Source: a virus | Length of the DNA stretch: 64,000 bases | Reading direction: 5' to 3' (one strand) | Virus record (IMG/VR): IMGVR_UViG_3300020421_003230 | Location: 1-64,000 of that record | In this document: one piece after another, positions 38,701 to 48,791 of the stretch | Layout: the number at the start of each line of letters is the position of its first letter | Position numbering within the stretch: position 1 is the stretch's first letter | Position numbers and translations under genes: made by a program | The notes under the pieces: generated by a model | Database searches by the model: none | Told to the model about the DNA's origin: nothing | The model's input: only the letters and a program-made list of their open reading frames with translations

Positions 38701-40520
38701 ATGATTCTAATTCTATGAAACCACAAACTATTGAGTTTAGATTTAGAACACCTAAATCACAAGACCAAGTATTATTACACAAAGGTGTAGGTAATGATAG
38801 TTTTGCTATTCAGTTACAAGATAATGGAGAAACTGATGATTATGGTCATTTACAATTTGCACTTAGTTCTTCTGTAGGTGTTACTTATATTACATCATCA
38901 CTACAACCATTTTACAATGATGATATGTGGAGTGTGATGTTAACAAGAAAATCTTCAAGTGGTGCAGATTTAACTACAGATACTCATACACAAAAAATTA
39001 AATATGAATTAACAACAAAACAATATGATGCCACAAGAGAAGTGATACTTCACCAAACAAGTGAAAGTGTTGTATTAGATGGTAGTACATCAGCCAATGC
39101 TTATAATAATGGATTTGTTACAGATGGTAATATCTATCTTGCTGGTAGTGGTAGTTCAGGATACTTTACTGATTTTAGTGGTTCACTAATGGAGTTCAGA
39201 TTATGGAACGAACATATTTCACAAAGTGTATTTGATAATCATGTAAGAGCACCAAAATCATACAATGGAAATACAACATCATCATATTATGATAATTTAC
39301 AATATAGATTACCATTAGATAATAATGTTAATTTAAATTCAAATCCAAGTGGAGCATTAGATGTTGCAAATGCTAAGTTGTATCACACAAGTGCAAGTGC
39401 TCATGGATTTAGTGGAAATCAATTTAGAAGTTTTGTTGATAAAGAACAAATGAGAGTTCCTAATCTTGGGCCTCAAAGAAGAAATGCTACAAAGATTAGA
39501 ATTGAAGATACAACATTAAATGGTTCACTATCATCTAATGTTCGTAGGGAAGCCTCATCACAAGATTTTGCACCAATTGATAGTAATAAGTTAGGAATTT
39601 ATTTTTCACCATCGGATGTTGTGAATGAAGATATTATTTATTCGTTAGCTGATTTTGATTTTGATAATCAAGTTGGTGACCCAAGAGACCAATATAAATT
39701 ATCTTACAGAGGATTACAATATGCTCAAGATAATTATTGGAAAAAATATGATAGAACTAATAACTTTTGGGATTATATGAGAATCATAAACTTTTATGAT
39801 AATAGTTTATGGACACACTTAAGAAAGTTATCACCAGCAAGAGCTAACACTACATTAGGTTTATTAATAGAACCAAATATTTTAGAGAGAAGTAAAGAGA
39901 TTGTAGGTCAACCACCTGAATTTACAAATGAGTATTTTGAAAATGCAGGACACTTTGATTTTGGAGTACAATTAACTTCAAGAGAAACAAGTTCGTTTGG
40001 GCATGTACCATTTAGTTTCAATGGTGAGTATAGAATGTTTGGACAAAGTGTTACAGATATGAAAGATGGTAGAATTAATTTACATAATACTGAGAGTGGT
40101 TCTCTTGGTAGTTTAGGTTTACCATCATTGGTACATTTAAATGAAATAAATCCAAGAAGTGAATTTAGTACTACATATGCAACTGCAAGTATTACATTTG
40201 GTGGTACAACAACAGAGTTTGTTGAAACCGTACAACCTTTCATTAGTGCCTCAAGAGTATCAGAACACAATGAGATTAAAAGATTATTTTTCACGAGTTC
40301 AATTGATGCCAATACTAATAATCCAGAGAGTTCATCTTTCGAACCTGCTGAGTTTCAGAGTATGGCATATGAATCAAAACTTTTTAGACTTTTTTATAAA
40401 GGTCAATTATTAACAAAGGATAATACAATAGATGGAAAAGACCCTGTCGAGATAACTATAACTTCACCAACAAAACTTGTAACACAAGAGCCTGGTGAAA
40501 GTAAACTTAAAGTTGAATAA
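35712..40520 (+). CDS. Large baseplate/tail structural protein with an inserted Hint domain and LamG-like region
   Basis: KTKGTKRAL...YGIP..LRVREYGG (tail protein I/gp7-like); TIEFRFRT...FSGSLMEFRLW (LamG-like); Hint domain. Confidence 0.8.
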   Translation: MLQYGLTPKDKEQFESPKELYTGFGRGQRDYIHIYVYDSEDKFLQEEIFPVSEIDISSDERVADIDVGTHLRDMGYTEGQYKVKYLFLRRLAGKDQTVFVNDEGFVHTNKVQTKLINGETKYYATKKFGKRQSRQELKQIFPKELKYVVKKISSDRTEVEVDTQEIQNTLYNKNFREINKMINYTPTMSRLLPGAGNIRFDLTDKNVLIAELNSGDRGFTDDMVGGIITIKNVYSIEAQTLEPTPPPPPPRGVVQPSPENVEVVNQQLNSEPRPLMEMVEEQVQDYEQGNFDDDRYGSVCFHGDTRIKLNNNRSIPIKMIKPGMRVKTELGYAKVLKVVKDGRPDGEKLVKFGRLITTDNHPIKHRGQWHLAKEVGTQFKSNSLEVWNLILDKHHTIYANNIVSATLGKWNSIEHFLRVKDNRINMLRPMRESDNGDGTFTEESIPQSNAYLSDNEVVVKDIPPTVDRFFVETKMFEAAALGTPIPTPEPSTRISLDYKAKIVEVLDYNRVRVNISYEEGANKQGHSGEDNANKIFDDGFMVNFTKSDIVRLNTYLVVNGTYNLVTNTMDNKDGSSRYFKLFDKLPDEVNEFDLCYFVEEKMDSYNDVVKLVPFVEDEDEVLFLRLPDFNSVSNPISMRSTHFNTFNDLVGTDTTVKQDIQNKVLSSSLLDVQVNVDYTKRTDIIDPLVNDYGFGNFIMFGSAEKRIQNFKKKVELIETYTSSSLSIANVTGSANTKLEFDNKKRRVINSFDPYENFLYFESSSYASSSIGEFNDASWPKETSTEPYTLVHTSGSNAISWFNTWTGYAKDYDRLNRERLVNNLPLHVSADVENNFFLDFMDMTGQQFDEIFVYLRHFTDINERTSKLSEGISKDIVQEVAKSMGIDVVNGNDLLILPKYLLGKDADGTSLFETPQEKVTEEIWKRILANSPFFMKTKGTKRALKGLMNCYGIPSTILRVREYGGPDKGTAVSYDFKRKFTYALDFKSSEYLELPWKDDSNSMKPQTIEFRFRTPKSQDQVLLHKGVGNDSFAIQLQDNGETDDYGHLQFALSSSVGVTYITSSLQPFYNDDMWSVMLTRKSSSGADLTTDTHTQKIKYELTTKQYDATREVILHQTSESVVLDGSTSANAYNNGFVTDGNIYLAGSGSSGYFTDFSGSLMEFRLWNEHISQSVFDNHVRAPKSYNGNTTSSYYDNLQYRLPLDNNVNLNSNPSGALDVANAKLYHTSASAHGFSGNQFRSFVDKEQMRVPNLGPQRRNATKIRIEDTTLNGSLSSNVRREASSQDFAPIDSNKLGIYFSPSDVVNEDIIYSLADFDFDNQVGDPRDQYKLSYRGLQYAQDNYWKKYDRTNNFWDYMRIINFYDNSLWTHLRKLSPARANTTLGLLIEPNILERSKEIVGQPPEFTNEYFENAGHFDFGVQLTSRETSSFGHVPFSFNGEYRMFGQSVTDMKDGRINLHNTESGSLGSLGLPSLVHLNEINPRSEFSTTYATASITFGGTTTEFVETVQPFISASRVSEHNEIKRLFFTSSIDANTNNPESSSFEPAEFQSMAYESKLFRLFYKGQLLTKDNTIDGKDPVEITITSPTKLVTQEPGESKLKVE
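36609..36935 (+). other. Hint domain (Vint-like), in frame within the 1602-aa protein
   Basis: Block A CFHGDTRI, block B ITTDNHPI, C-terminal VWNLILDKHHTIYANNIVSATLG; no terminal HN. Confidence 0.8.
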
Positions 40521-40588
40521 AACTTGAGCAAGTATATATTTATCTATGAGGTTTTCTATCTCAAACAAATCTAATAGGAGTAAAAAAC

Positions 40589-41404
40589 ATGGGATTTTTA
40601 AATAATACAAGCGTAACCGTTGATGCTGTTCTTACCAAAAAAGGTCGAGAATTGTTGGCAAGAGGGCAAGACGAGTTCAAAATCACAAAATTTGCATTAG
40701 CAGATGATGAGATTGATTATAGTTTGTGGGATGTAGCACATCCTAATGGTTCAAACTATTACGGTGCAGTGATTGAGAACATGCCATTGTTGGAAGCTTT
40801 TGTTGATGAGAATCAAGTGATGCGATATAAGTTAGTTTCTTTACCTAAGAATACTGCTAAACTTCCAATACTTGAAGTCCCATCACCAAACTTGAATTTC
40901 AACGGGCCTGGTATAACTCAAACAATTACACCAAACACAAGAAATGGTAGTGATAACGAAAGTGGATATAACTTTATTCTTCATGATGCAACAATTGCTA
41001 ACTTAACACCAGTTATTGTTAAGACGAAGAAAAAGAAATCTAAAAAGAGTGTACCGAAAATATCACCAGCTCAAATGGCTAATGTGATGAAGTTTGGTGC
41101 AGGAGCTATGACTGGAACATTTAATTCTAAGTTCAGTTCAGGTATTTTGCCTCCACCATTACAAGAAGAATTCTTGGTACAACAAGAAATCGAAGATTTA
41201 CAATTTAACACAGGTGCGACCACACCAGTATTTGTAAACGAAGAAGAAAGAAAGAGTTCTATTACCTTAAGTGGTAAATCAGTTAACCTTGTTTCTCGTT
41301 CAGTAACTACAGATACTTCAACAAATGTAACCGTGATTGGTTTAGATAGTGGGGCTACTTTCAATGTGGCTGTAACTATTAAAGCTGACCCGAGTAGATT
41401 ATAA
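40589..41404 (+). CDS. Virion structural protein
   Basis: VDAVLTKKGRELLA...ITKFALADDEIDY (tail/baseplate-associated N-terminus). Confidence 0.75.
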   Translation: MGFLNNTSVTVDAVLTKKGRELLARGQDEFKITKFALADDEIDYSLWDVAHPNGSNYYGAVIENMPLLEAFVDENQVMRYKLVSLPKNTAKLPILEVPSPNLNFNGPGITQTITPNTRNGSDNESGYNFILHDATIANLTPVIVKTKKKKSKKSVPKISPAQMANVMKFGAGAMTGTFNSKFSSGILPPPLQEEFLVQQEIEDLQFNTGATTPVFVNEEERKSSITLSGKSVNLVSRSVTTDTSTNVTVIGLDSGATFNVAVTIKADPSRL

Positions 41405-41414
41405 GGAGTAGGAG

Positions 41415-42419
41415 ATGTCAGTATTTACAAGATTTGATAGAGAAAATGATGTGGTGGAAAACCAAAGAACTAAGGTATCAAGTGGTATCTTTAGTGGAGG
41501 AAGTGGAACTTTAACAGCTTTCTTTAGTTCATCTAATGCTGGAGCAGTAAGTGCTTCTTATGTTAGTGTGTACAATAAAGCAACTTCTGATTCAACATCT
41601 GAAATTCAATTTGATATTGGATATGCAAATTTGAATGGAAGTGGTTCTGCTGGTAATACTACAAAATTAAATACAGGTGGTAGAGAAACTGCTGCTATGT
41701 ACAGACAATTTAGAAATGTATTATTAGCACCTGATACTTCAAGGTTTACATTCACAGGAGCCTCAAGTGGTTCTGAAGACTTTTACTTTGTTGCTTTCAA
41801 TCGTGCTCGTATGAGAGAAAAGATTGACCCAGGTAATTGGGAACTAAAAGTTGGTACTACAAAACTAATTGATGATAGTGGTGCAACTAACAATCCAACT
41901 GTTAATGAGGGTGGAAGAGTATTTAATATTGTTTCAGGTTCATTAGAAACAGGTAAGGGTGTTATTAAAACTGCAGCTGCTTCTCAACCAGGTGGATGTT
42001 TTGGTAGTTTCTATCCTGATTTAGGAATCATATTATTAGATGCTTCTCAAATGGATGCAAGTGCTTCATTTGGTACAAGTAGAAGTCCAGATACATTTGA
42101 TAACAATGGGGCTAAGTTCTTTCAGAAACTTTCTGATGGTAGTAAGTTCCAAGTAAGAAGAGAAGAAGAAATTAATTCGACTAACTTCTTCTGTAGGGTT
42201 AACAACAAAAGATATAACTTTAGTGCTAATCCAACATTCTTCACAGGTTCAGATGGGGCGTTTACAAATGCTACATTCTTTAAAGACCCTAAAGTTTATA
42301 TAACAACTGTAGGTCTTTATAATGATGATAATGAATTATTGGCAGTTGCTAAACTAAGTAAACCAGTATTAAAATCATACTCAAGGGAAGCTATTATTAA
42401 GGTTAAACTTGACTTCTAA
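41415..42419 (+). CDS. Virion structural protein (tail/baseplate)
   Basis: C-terminal YITTVGLYND.NELLAVAKLSKP. Confidence 0.75.
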   Translation: MSVFTRFDRENDVVENQRTKVSSGIFSGGSGTLTAFFSSSNAGAVSASYVSVYNKATSDSTSEIQFDIGYANLNGSGSAGNTTKLNTGGRETAAMYRQFRNVLLAPDTSRFTFTGASSGSEDFYFVAFNRARMREKIDPGNWELKVGTTKLIDDSGATNNPTVNEGGRVFNIVSGSLETGKGVIKTAAASQPGGCFGSFYPDLGIILLDASQMDASASFGTSRSPDTFDNNGAKFFQKLSDGSKFQVRREEEINSTNFFCRVNNKRYNFSANPTFFTGSDGAFTNATFFKDPKVYITTVGLYNDDNELLAVAKLSKPVLKSYSREAIIKVKLDF

Positions 42420-42430
42420 GGGAAAGTAAA

Positions 42431-43444
42431 ATGTTAAAAAACATTGACCCAACAAATAAGTCAATAAAACCATTTAAAGTTCACAAAAACTTCACTCTCA
42501 CTAATAACGATAGTGGGAGTGGACACTTTGTGTTAAAAGCTGAAAGTGGTTCTATATATAATTTCAGTACAGGTTCTGCTGCTTCACAATCCTTTGGTAC
42601 ATATAATGTTACTGCAAGTAATTACTCTATGGGTACATTTTATAATCTACCCAATTGGCATTCAGTAAATCAATTATATTACAAACGAAGTAATGAACCT
42701 TATGGTAATTTTGGTAAGAACGATACTCGTAAAGTTAATCGTGAACTAAATTCTACCGCTCGAGTATTTACAATTCCAAGAGATTTATTTGGTGAACAAA
42801 TAAAACCTGGTAGTATAAAATTAGATGTTACAATAAATGGTATCGAATATAATTTAAGAGATGATGGTGATGGTAACATTTATGATAATGCACATTCAGC
42901 AAGTTTTGCTGCATTTAAATCAAGTTCATTTAGTAGAGGAGAAGGTGTTCTATCTAATGGAAGTGGAAGTGAAGTAGGAAATGTTATCTATGAACATGGA
43001 CAGATAATTCTTACTGATACTGGTTCTTATAAAGAAGCTGGTACAAGTACAGGCCACACATTAAAATATAAAGCAACACAAACAATATATGAACATGAAT
43101 ACATTGTTAGTATTGAACCATTTGAGTTTAATAGAACAATGAATATAAGTACCACTTATCAACGAAGTGGTAGTTTAACTATAACAGAGGGAAGTGTTTC
43201 TATGAGTAGATTCTTCCCACCAGGTGACCAACCAAGTGGTGCGGGAACTGGTAGTTTCAAAACATTCTATAATGCGGCTGATAAGTATGAGGGGTTTGTA
43301 ACTCACTCAGAATTCCAACCATATTGTAGTACCGTAGGACTTTATAATGATAAAGAAGAATTACTGGCTATTGGTAAATTAGCTAAACCAGTAAAATTGG
43401 ATACGGATGTTACAACAAATATAGTTGTGAGATTTGATATATAA
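42431..43444 (+). CDS. Virion structural protein, paralogue of the upstream gene
   Basis: GEQIKPGS..DDGDGN and YCSTVGLYND.EELLAIGKLAKP. Confidence 0.75.
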   Translation: MLKNIDPTNKSIKPFKVHKNFTLTNNDSGSGHFVLKAESGSIYNFSTGSAASQSFGTYNVTASNYSMGTFYNLPNWHSVNQLYYKRSNEPYGNFGKNDTRKVNRELNSTARVFTIPRDLFGEQIKPGSIKLDVTINGIEYNLRDDGDGNIYDNAHSASFAAFKSSSFSRGEGVLSNGSGSEVGNVIYEHGQIILTDTGSYKEAGTSTGHTLKYKATQTIYEHEYIVSIEPFEFNRTMNISTTYQRSGSLTITEGSVSMSRFFPPGDQPSGAGTGSFKTFYNAADKYEGFVTHSEFQPYCSTVGLYNDKEELLAIGKLAKPVKLDTDVTTNIVVRFDI

Positions 43445-43561
43445 GTAACCCGATTACGAAATTTTTTTTCGTGATTAGATATTTATTATTGTAAATTAAG
43501 GCTACAAAATACTGCTGACCTCTAGCAGGGTTTATATTAATACAACATATAAAGGAAAACG

Positions 43562-46426
43562 ATGAAAAAGTTTTTAGGTTTATTAACTTTGTTATTGGGA
43601 ATGGCGACTGCCCAGGAACCAATTATCAGAGTTATGCAAATAGGAGATTGGTCTACACCAGCTATGTGGTGGAAAGACACGGTTACACAAGATTTAGATA
43701 CATTCTTGGCACAAGATGCAACTAAACCAGCTGAAGATAATAATAACTTCGATATTTGGAGAGATAAAGTATTGGAGATGGAAGTTACTTTAGATGATAA
43801 AGGTGCAGATGTTACTACATTCAGAATAGATATCGCATTTGATAATGATTTAATCACTTGGGTAGAATCAGGTGAAACATCAGTTAATGCTTGGAGTCAA
43901 GGAAACTCACGAGTAGTTAAAGGTTCACATATAAGTGGTTGGACTGAGGGTGATAATGGAGAGAATGGTCATGATTATTCTTTTGAAGTAGTTCATTATA
44001 GTAATGTATCATATCAAGATTCATTAGCAGCTACAGGTAATTTAATTGAAGAATCAATATCAGATAATAGATATGATTGGTTAAGAATTACTATGGTATC
44101 ACATGGAGTTGATGGTAACTCAGATGGAACACCAGATAAAACATTTGGTGGTGGTGATGGAGTACAAAAACAATTATTAAAATTTCAATTTTTAATCAAT
44201 GATGTAGTTGATGATTTTGCACCAAAGGCATTTAGAGTTGCTACTCAGTATGATGGAGCAGAGGGATACTACACTTATGTTTCTGATGATTATCTATTAG
44301 ATTATAAAGTTTACATAGATGGTAATTGGGGTGATTCATATGCAGGAGAAAGAACATTTAATGGTGCTGCTCGTGGAGATATCACACTACATCCAAAACT
44401 TGTGCAACTTGAGGGATACTTAAGATACATTGGTGAATGGATTGATACTGATAAAGATGGAACAAAAGATAGTGGTGAAGATTTTTCACAAAACAAATAT
44501 GCTATGATGAAAGTTATCTTTGAAGTAGATGAAACTAATCCAGATAATCTTTCTAATTGGAGAAACATAAGGGATATTAATTATCCAACAAGTTTAGTAG
44601 ATGAATCTTTAAACGATGATGTTATGGGAACTTATGATGAGTATTCAACGAATGCATTAGGATATCAACATATGAGATACTATGAACAAAATGCTGGAAC
44701 AACATCAGACCAAAAGATTCAGAATCAAGGATTTAAAGATGTAACTTATTGGTATTGGACATACACAGATGATAAAGGATATTTCAATATATCTTTACCA
44801 AGAAACAATAGATATAAAGTATCGTTCTGGCCACCAGAAGCAGATGATGTGGTTGGTGACCATACCACTTATCTATTAGATAGAGATGCAATTACAAATA
44901 TCAATGATGCTATTGCAGGATTTAATTTCCAATCAAATAAGTTTGATAATGAAGCAAATATTGAAATAGAATCACCAAGTGGATATTTAGTTGGTGATGT
45001 TGATGGTGATGATAGATATCAATTAAACGATTCGTATTTCTTATGGGCATACACAAGTGGAGTGTTCGATACAGATTACACACACTACAATGGTGAAACT
45101 TATCAACAATGGTCAAGTATTGATAATCTAAATGGAGATGACGACACTTATACTTACAAACAAGACTATGATGGATTTACAAGAAACCAAAGAGGAGAGT
45201 TCAGTATTTTTGTTGATGGTGATTTAGACCAAGAAACTACAGCACTAACTACAGACCAGGGTGGTATCATAAGATTGAATCCATTAATGAATGATGTTGA
45301 GACCAGATTAGATATATTAAGTATTAAGGTTGGAGCAGGTAGTTCTACATTTGGTAGTGATGTTAATCCTGATTATTATTTTAATGAACCAGATGGTGGA
45401 AATGGTTCTAAACAAGTAGATATTATTGGAACTACAAATGATTCTGATATTGGATTCTACTTTACAGGTGATGTAAACCTAACAGGTTTAAAAGTTGATA
45501 ACGATGGAACTGCAATAACACCAGTTGTAGATGGTACAACATATTATCGTTGGGGTAATTCACCACCAGATGAGTGGGCTAGAATCTCAGAAGATGGAAT
45601 GGGTAGAATGGCAATGAAATCATTCATGACAGACCATGATGTAACATTATCATTTCCAGCAGATTCAACTGTAAGAGTACAGAGTGGTGAGATTATAGAA
45701 GTACCATTACTGATTACACCAACAGAGGGTATTAATATTGCTGGGTTTGAATTTGAGGTAGAGTTCAATACAACCGAGTTAGATTTTATTGATATGAAAA
45801 CAGGTAACTTGCCAGGGCCATGGATGACCTATGTTAATGTAGGTGAAGTTGAAGAGGGATGGCAACGAGTACGATTTGGTGGATTAGATTATTCACCAGG
45901 TAATGCTCCTACTAACTATTGGGTTAATCAACCGATGAATGCATTAAAGTTAATGTTCAGAGCGGAGTTTCCTGATGAAGAATGGACAGAAGCTCCTATT
46001 AGATTCGTAGGAAAATATGCAGCAGGAAATCCAAATGGTGATGATTTAAGAATGGAACGATTAAGTGGTAAAGTAATGGTATGGAATAAGTATTGGGCAT
46101 TCGGTGGTGGAGAACCAGGTGAGGATGACATAACTTATAACTATCCAAATCCATTTAGAGAGAATACAAAGTTTCAGTTCTTTATAGACCAAATGGAGCA
46201 TGTAAAACTTTACATACTAAATTCTAATGGACAATACATTGGAACACTATTAGATGAAGTAGTTGATAGTGGTATACATACATTTGATTTCACAAACGAA
46301 CCAAGTGTGTGGTTACCAGAAGTAAGTGTATATGAGAATCATCAAACTTTAGAACCTGGTGTTTATATATTTGTATTACAAACAGAGAATAGATTAAAAG
46401 CTAATAAATTCACGGTGGTGAAATAG
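43562..46426 (+). CDS. Secreted protein with cohesin-like and dockerin-like modules and a T9SS type-A C-terminal domain
   Basis: Signal peptide ..MATA/QEP; dockerin-like GDVDGDDRYQLNDS; cohesin-like SGEIIEVPL...IAGFEFEVEFN..LDF; CTD YNYPNPF...LEPGVYIFVL...KFTVVK. Confidence 0.8.
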   Translation: MKKFLGLLTLLLGMATAQEPIIRVMQIGDWSTPAMWWKDTVTQDLDTFLAQDATKPAEDNNNFDIWRDKVLEMEVTLDDKGADVTTFRIDIAFDNDLITWVESGETSVNAWSQGNSRVVKGSHISGWTEGDNGENGHDYSFEVVHYSNVSYQDSLAATGNLIEESISDNRYDWLRITMVSHGVDGNSDGTPDKTFGGGDGVQKQLLKFQFLINDVVDDFAPKAFRVATQYDGAEGYYTYVSDDYLLDYKVYIDGNWGDSYAGERTFNGAARGDITLHPKLVQLEGYLRYIGEWIDTDKDGTKDSGEDFSQNKYAMMKVIFEVDETNPDNLSNWRNIRDINYPTSLVDESLNDDVMGTYDEYSTNALGYQHMRYYEQNAGTTSDQKIQNQGFKDVTYWYWTYTDDKGYFNISLPRNNRYKVSFWPPEADDVVGDHTTYLLDRDAITNINDAIAGFNFQSNKFDNEANIEIESPSGYLVGDVDGDDRYQLNDSYFLWAYTSGVFDTDYTHYNGETYQQWSSIDNLNGDDDTYTYKQDYDGFTRNQRGEFSIFVDGDLDQETTALTTDQGGIIRLNPLMNDVETRLDILSIKVGAGSSTFGSDVNPDYYFNEPDGGNGSKQVDIIGTTNDSDIGFYFTGDVNLTGLKVDNDGTAITPVVDGTTYYRWGNSPPDEWARISEDGMGRMAMKSFMTDHDVTLSFPADSTVRVQSGEIIEVPLLITPTEGINIAGFEFEVEFNTTELDFIDMKTGNLPGPWMTYVNVGEVEEGWQRVRFGGLDYSPGNAPTNYWVNQPMNALKLMFRAEFPDEEWTEAPIRFVGKYAAGNPNGDDLRMERLSGKVMVWNKYWAFGGGEPGEDDITYNYPNPFRENTKFQFFIDQMEHVKLYILNSNGQYIGTLLDEVVDSGIHTFDFTNEPSVWLPEVSVYENHQTLEPGVYIFVLQTENRLKANKFTVVK

Positions 46427-46432
46427 GAAAAG

Positions 46433-47308
46433 ATGATGAAAAAAATAGTATTAGGATTGTTGATGATTGGAACTTTGTTTGGACAAGTAAATAGTGTCCT
46501 TACAATTTCACCTACAGCAAGTGAAACAATATTGGGTAACCAATCACTTGCTTTTAGAAATCCAGCAATGAATAATTTAAACCTTATTGATTCTACTTCA
46601 AATATTAGTTTTACTAATGTTAAATGGTTAGGAAACATTGTAGATGATATGGGTTTCAATTACATAGAGTTTAGAAAAGGTAAATTAGATTACTCACTTT
46701 TATACTTTAATTATGGTGAACAAAAGTTTGCTGATGAGAGTGGTATTGTAAGTGGTAATTTTTCACCAAATACAATAGTTGCTTCAGTAGGATGGGGAAC
46801 TGATATATTATATAAAGGTGAGAGAATAGATAGTGTGGCACTTGGTTTCAGAGGAAAAGTTGTTGCACATGATTTATATACTGAAAAGACTGATGGGATG
46901 ATGTTTGATATTGGTGTTCACTTTCATAAACTATATGGAGCAGTTAACTTAGATTTAATGGTTTCAAATTTAGGTATTATGACAAAGATGAATGGATATG
47001 AAATAGACCAACCAACAGCATTAAATGTTGGGTTTAATATTCCGATTAAAAACAAATGGAATATTTATAACCAATGGAATCTTTACGATGGATATCATAC
47101 ACATGGTCAAGGTGTTTCTTATAACTTTAAAGATATGTTATGGGTAAATGCTGGGTACTACAATGATGTAGAACATGAGTTAAATTATTCATCAATAGGT
47201 ATGGATTTAAAATACGAGAAGTGGAAGTTTGGATTTGGGGTTCTCAATGGTGATGAAAACCATCCATTAAAAAATACATTATTACTAACAATAAATATGG
47301 AGATGTAA
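46433..47308 (+). CDS. porV: PorV/PorQ-family outer-membrane beta-barrel (T9SS shuttle homologue)
   Basis: Signal ..LFG/QVN; LTISP.A...NPA...ISFT..KWLGNIVDDM...YFNYGE..DESG...FDIG...SNLG. Confidence 0.75.
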   Translation: MMKKIVLGLLMIGTLFGQVNSVLTISPTASETILGNQSLAFRNPAMNNLNLIDSTSNISFTNVKWLGNIVDDMGFNYIEFRKGKLDYSLLYFNYGEQKFADESGIVSGNFSPNTIVASVGWGTDILYKGERIDSVALGFRGKVVAHDLYTEKTDGMMFDIGVHFHKLYGAVNLDLMVSNLGIMTKMNGYEIDQPTALNVGFNIPIKNKWNIYNQWNLYDGYHTHGQGVSYNFKDMLWVNAGYYNDVEHELNYSSIGMDLKYEKWKFGFGVLNGDENHPLKNTLLLTINMEM

Positions 47309-47309
47309 A

Positions 47310-47348
47310 ATGAAAAAATGTGATTGTTGTGATTGTAATTGTTGCTAA
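47310..47348 (+). CDS. Cys-rich micro-peptide MKKCDCCDCNCC
   Basis: GGAG 7 nt upstream; starts 1 nt after the porV stop; 6 of 12 residues are Cys. Confidence 0.5.
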   Translation: MKKCDCCDCNCC

Positions 47349-47363
47349 CTAAGGAGAAATAAA

Positions 47364-47744
47364 ATGGCAAAAGATATAGAGAAAGCTATTGAAGAAGTTA
47401 AAGGAAAAAAATTCGGAGTATCAATTAACAATATTATTGCTATTGTTACTTTTCTTTCTACCGCAATTGCTGGGTGGTATAGTTTTACTGGCCGCATTGA
47501 TTCATTGGAAGAAGTAGTACAAGGTTTTGCAGAAGCAAGTGATATAGAAATTGTAACCAATAACTTCAACAATATTGATGAAGAATTAAAGTATCTACGA
47601 GAAAAGGTAGATGCACTAAAAACACCAAAAGTGAAATCATACGATGGTGATATAATTAAACTACAGAATGAGATTGATAAATTAAAAAGTGAAATCTCAA
47701 GGTTAGAGAAATTATTAAAAGACCCATTGGCTGATTTCAAGTAA
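47364..47744 (+). CDS. Single-TM coiled-coil protein
   Basis: TM IIAIVTFLSTAIAGWY, heptad repeats, ends LKDPLADFK. Confidence 0.75.
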   Translation: MAKDIEKAIEEVKGKKFGVSINNIIAIVTFLSTAIAGWYSFTGRIDSLEEVVQGFAEASDIEIVTNNFNNIDEELKYLREKVDALKTPKVKSYDGDIIKLQNEIDKLKSEISRLEKLLKDPLADFK

Positions 47745-47752
47745 GGAGCTAA

Positions 47753-48148
47753 ATGAGTAAATTAATAAAACTATTAATTGTTGTGGTTTTGTTTGGAGTA
47801 GGTTCTCAAGTATTCGGACAGGATGCATATGATACACCTGAAGAACGAGATAGAAAAATCCAAATACAAGAACAACGAGAACAAAGAATAGCAAACCAAT
47901 CTATGATGTATAAACGTCAACAGATGAAAAGATTTCATATGATGGATTCTGAAGATAGAAGAGAGTTTCGTATAAAACGATATCATCTAAAGAAACATCA
48001 AATGAAAAAGAAGAAACAAAAGAGAATAGTTACTCTTATGGTTGTAGGTGTAACATCTTATGTTATTGGATATGAAATGGCAAAAGATGAACACAGATAT
48101 AAAAAACATGGATGGGAAACAAAACCATCCGATAATTGGAGAAAGTAA
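47753..48148 (+). CDS. Secreted or membrane-anchored charged helical protein
   Basis: Signal ..VFG/QDA; C-terminal hydrophobic stretch. Confidence 0.7.
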   Translation: MSKLIKLLIVVVLFGVGSQVFGQDAYDTPEERDRKIQIQEQREQRIANQSMMYKRQQMKRFHMMDSEDRREFRIKRYHLKKHQMKKKKQKRIVTLMVVGVTSYVIGYEMAKDEHRYKKHGWETKPSDNWRK

Positions 48149-48786
48149 TGAAAAAACTATTACTATTATCGTTAATGGTTTTGATGGGATGTGCTGCATC
48201 AGTATCAACGGAACAATATGTTGGTGAGTATGAAAAGCAGAAATCATTGGATGAGATAGAAATTACTAAAGTTGATAATCTAAAGATTTTGGATGTTAAG
48301 TTCAATAAAGAACTTGAAGATAGATATCCAGAACTTGGAGATAAACGAGTTGCATTTGGGTTAAACCAAGAACTTGCAAATGTAATTTCATTCATCGGTA
48401 GATTTAATCTTGTTGAGGGAGATAGAGATGTACAATTATCTATCATCAACGATTTGAAAGCTAACGATGCAAAAATAGAAAAAACCAAATATACTGCTTA
48501 TGTAACCATTTATGATTTCGCTGTTAACTTAAAAGAAGATATCAAGGCTGGTAAAGTTCAAACAATAAACGAAACTATTGTTGGTATCCAAGTTAAAGTA
48601 ATCAATAATGAAAATACTCAGTATGTAGTTGGAAGTGGACAAGGAAGAGCATCCACCATAGGACAAGGATTTTTAAAGAATCCTAATATGGAATGGAATC
48701 AATCTTCTTTAAGTTCTGCATCTAACAAGGCTATGGAAACAGCTGTTGTCAATGTTATCAAAGCAATTGACAAACGAGGTTGGTAG
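48148..48786 (+). CDS. CsgG/HfaB-like lipoprotein
   Basis: Lipobox LMG-C; GRFNLVE...IYDF...VGIQVKVIN...GSGQG pattern of the CsgG fold. Confidence 0.65.
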   Translation: MKKLLLLSLMVLMGCAASVSTEQYVGEYEKQKSLDEIEITKVDNLKILDVKFNKELEDRYPELGDKRVAFGLNQELANVISFIGRFNLVEGDRDVQLSIINDLKANDAKIEKTKYTAYVTIYDFAVNLKEDIKAGKVQTINETIVGIQVKVINNENTQYVVGSGQGRASTIGQGFLKNPNMEWNQSSLSSASNKAMETAVVNVIKAIDKRGW

Positions 48787-48791
48787 AATGA

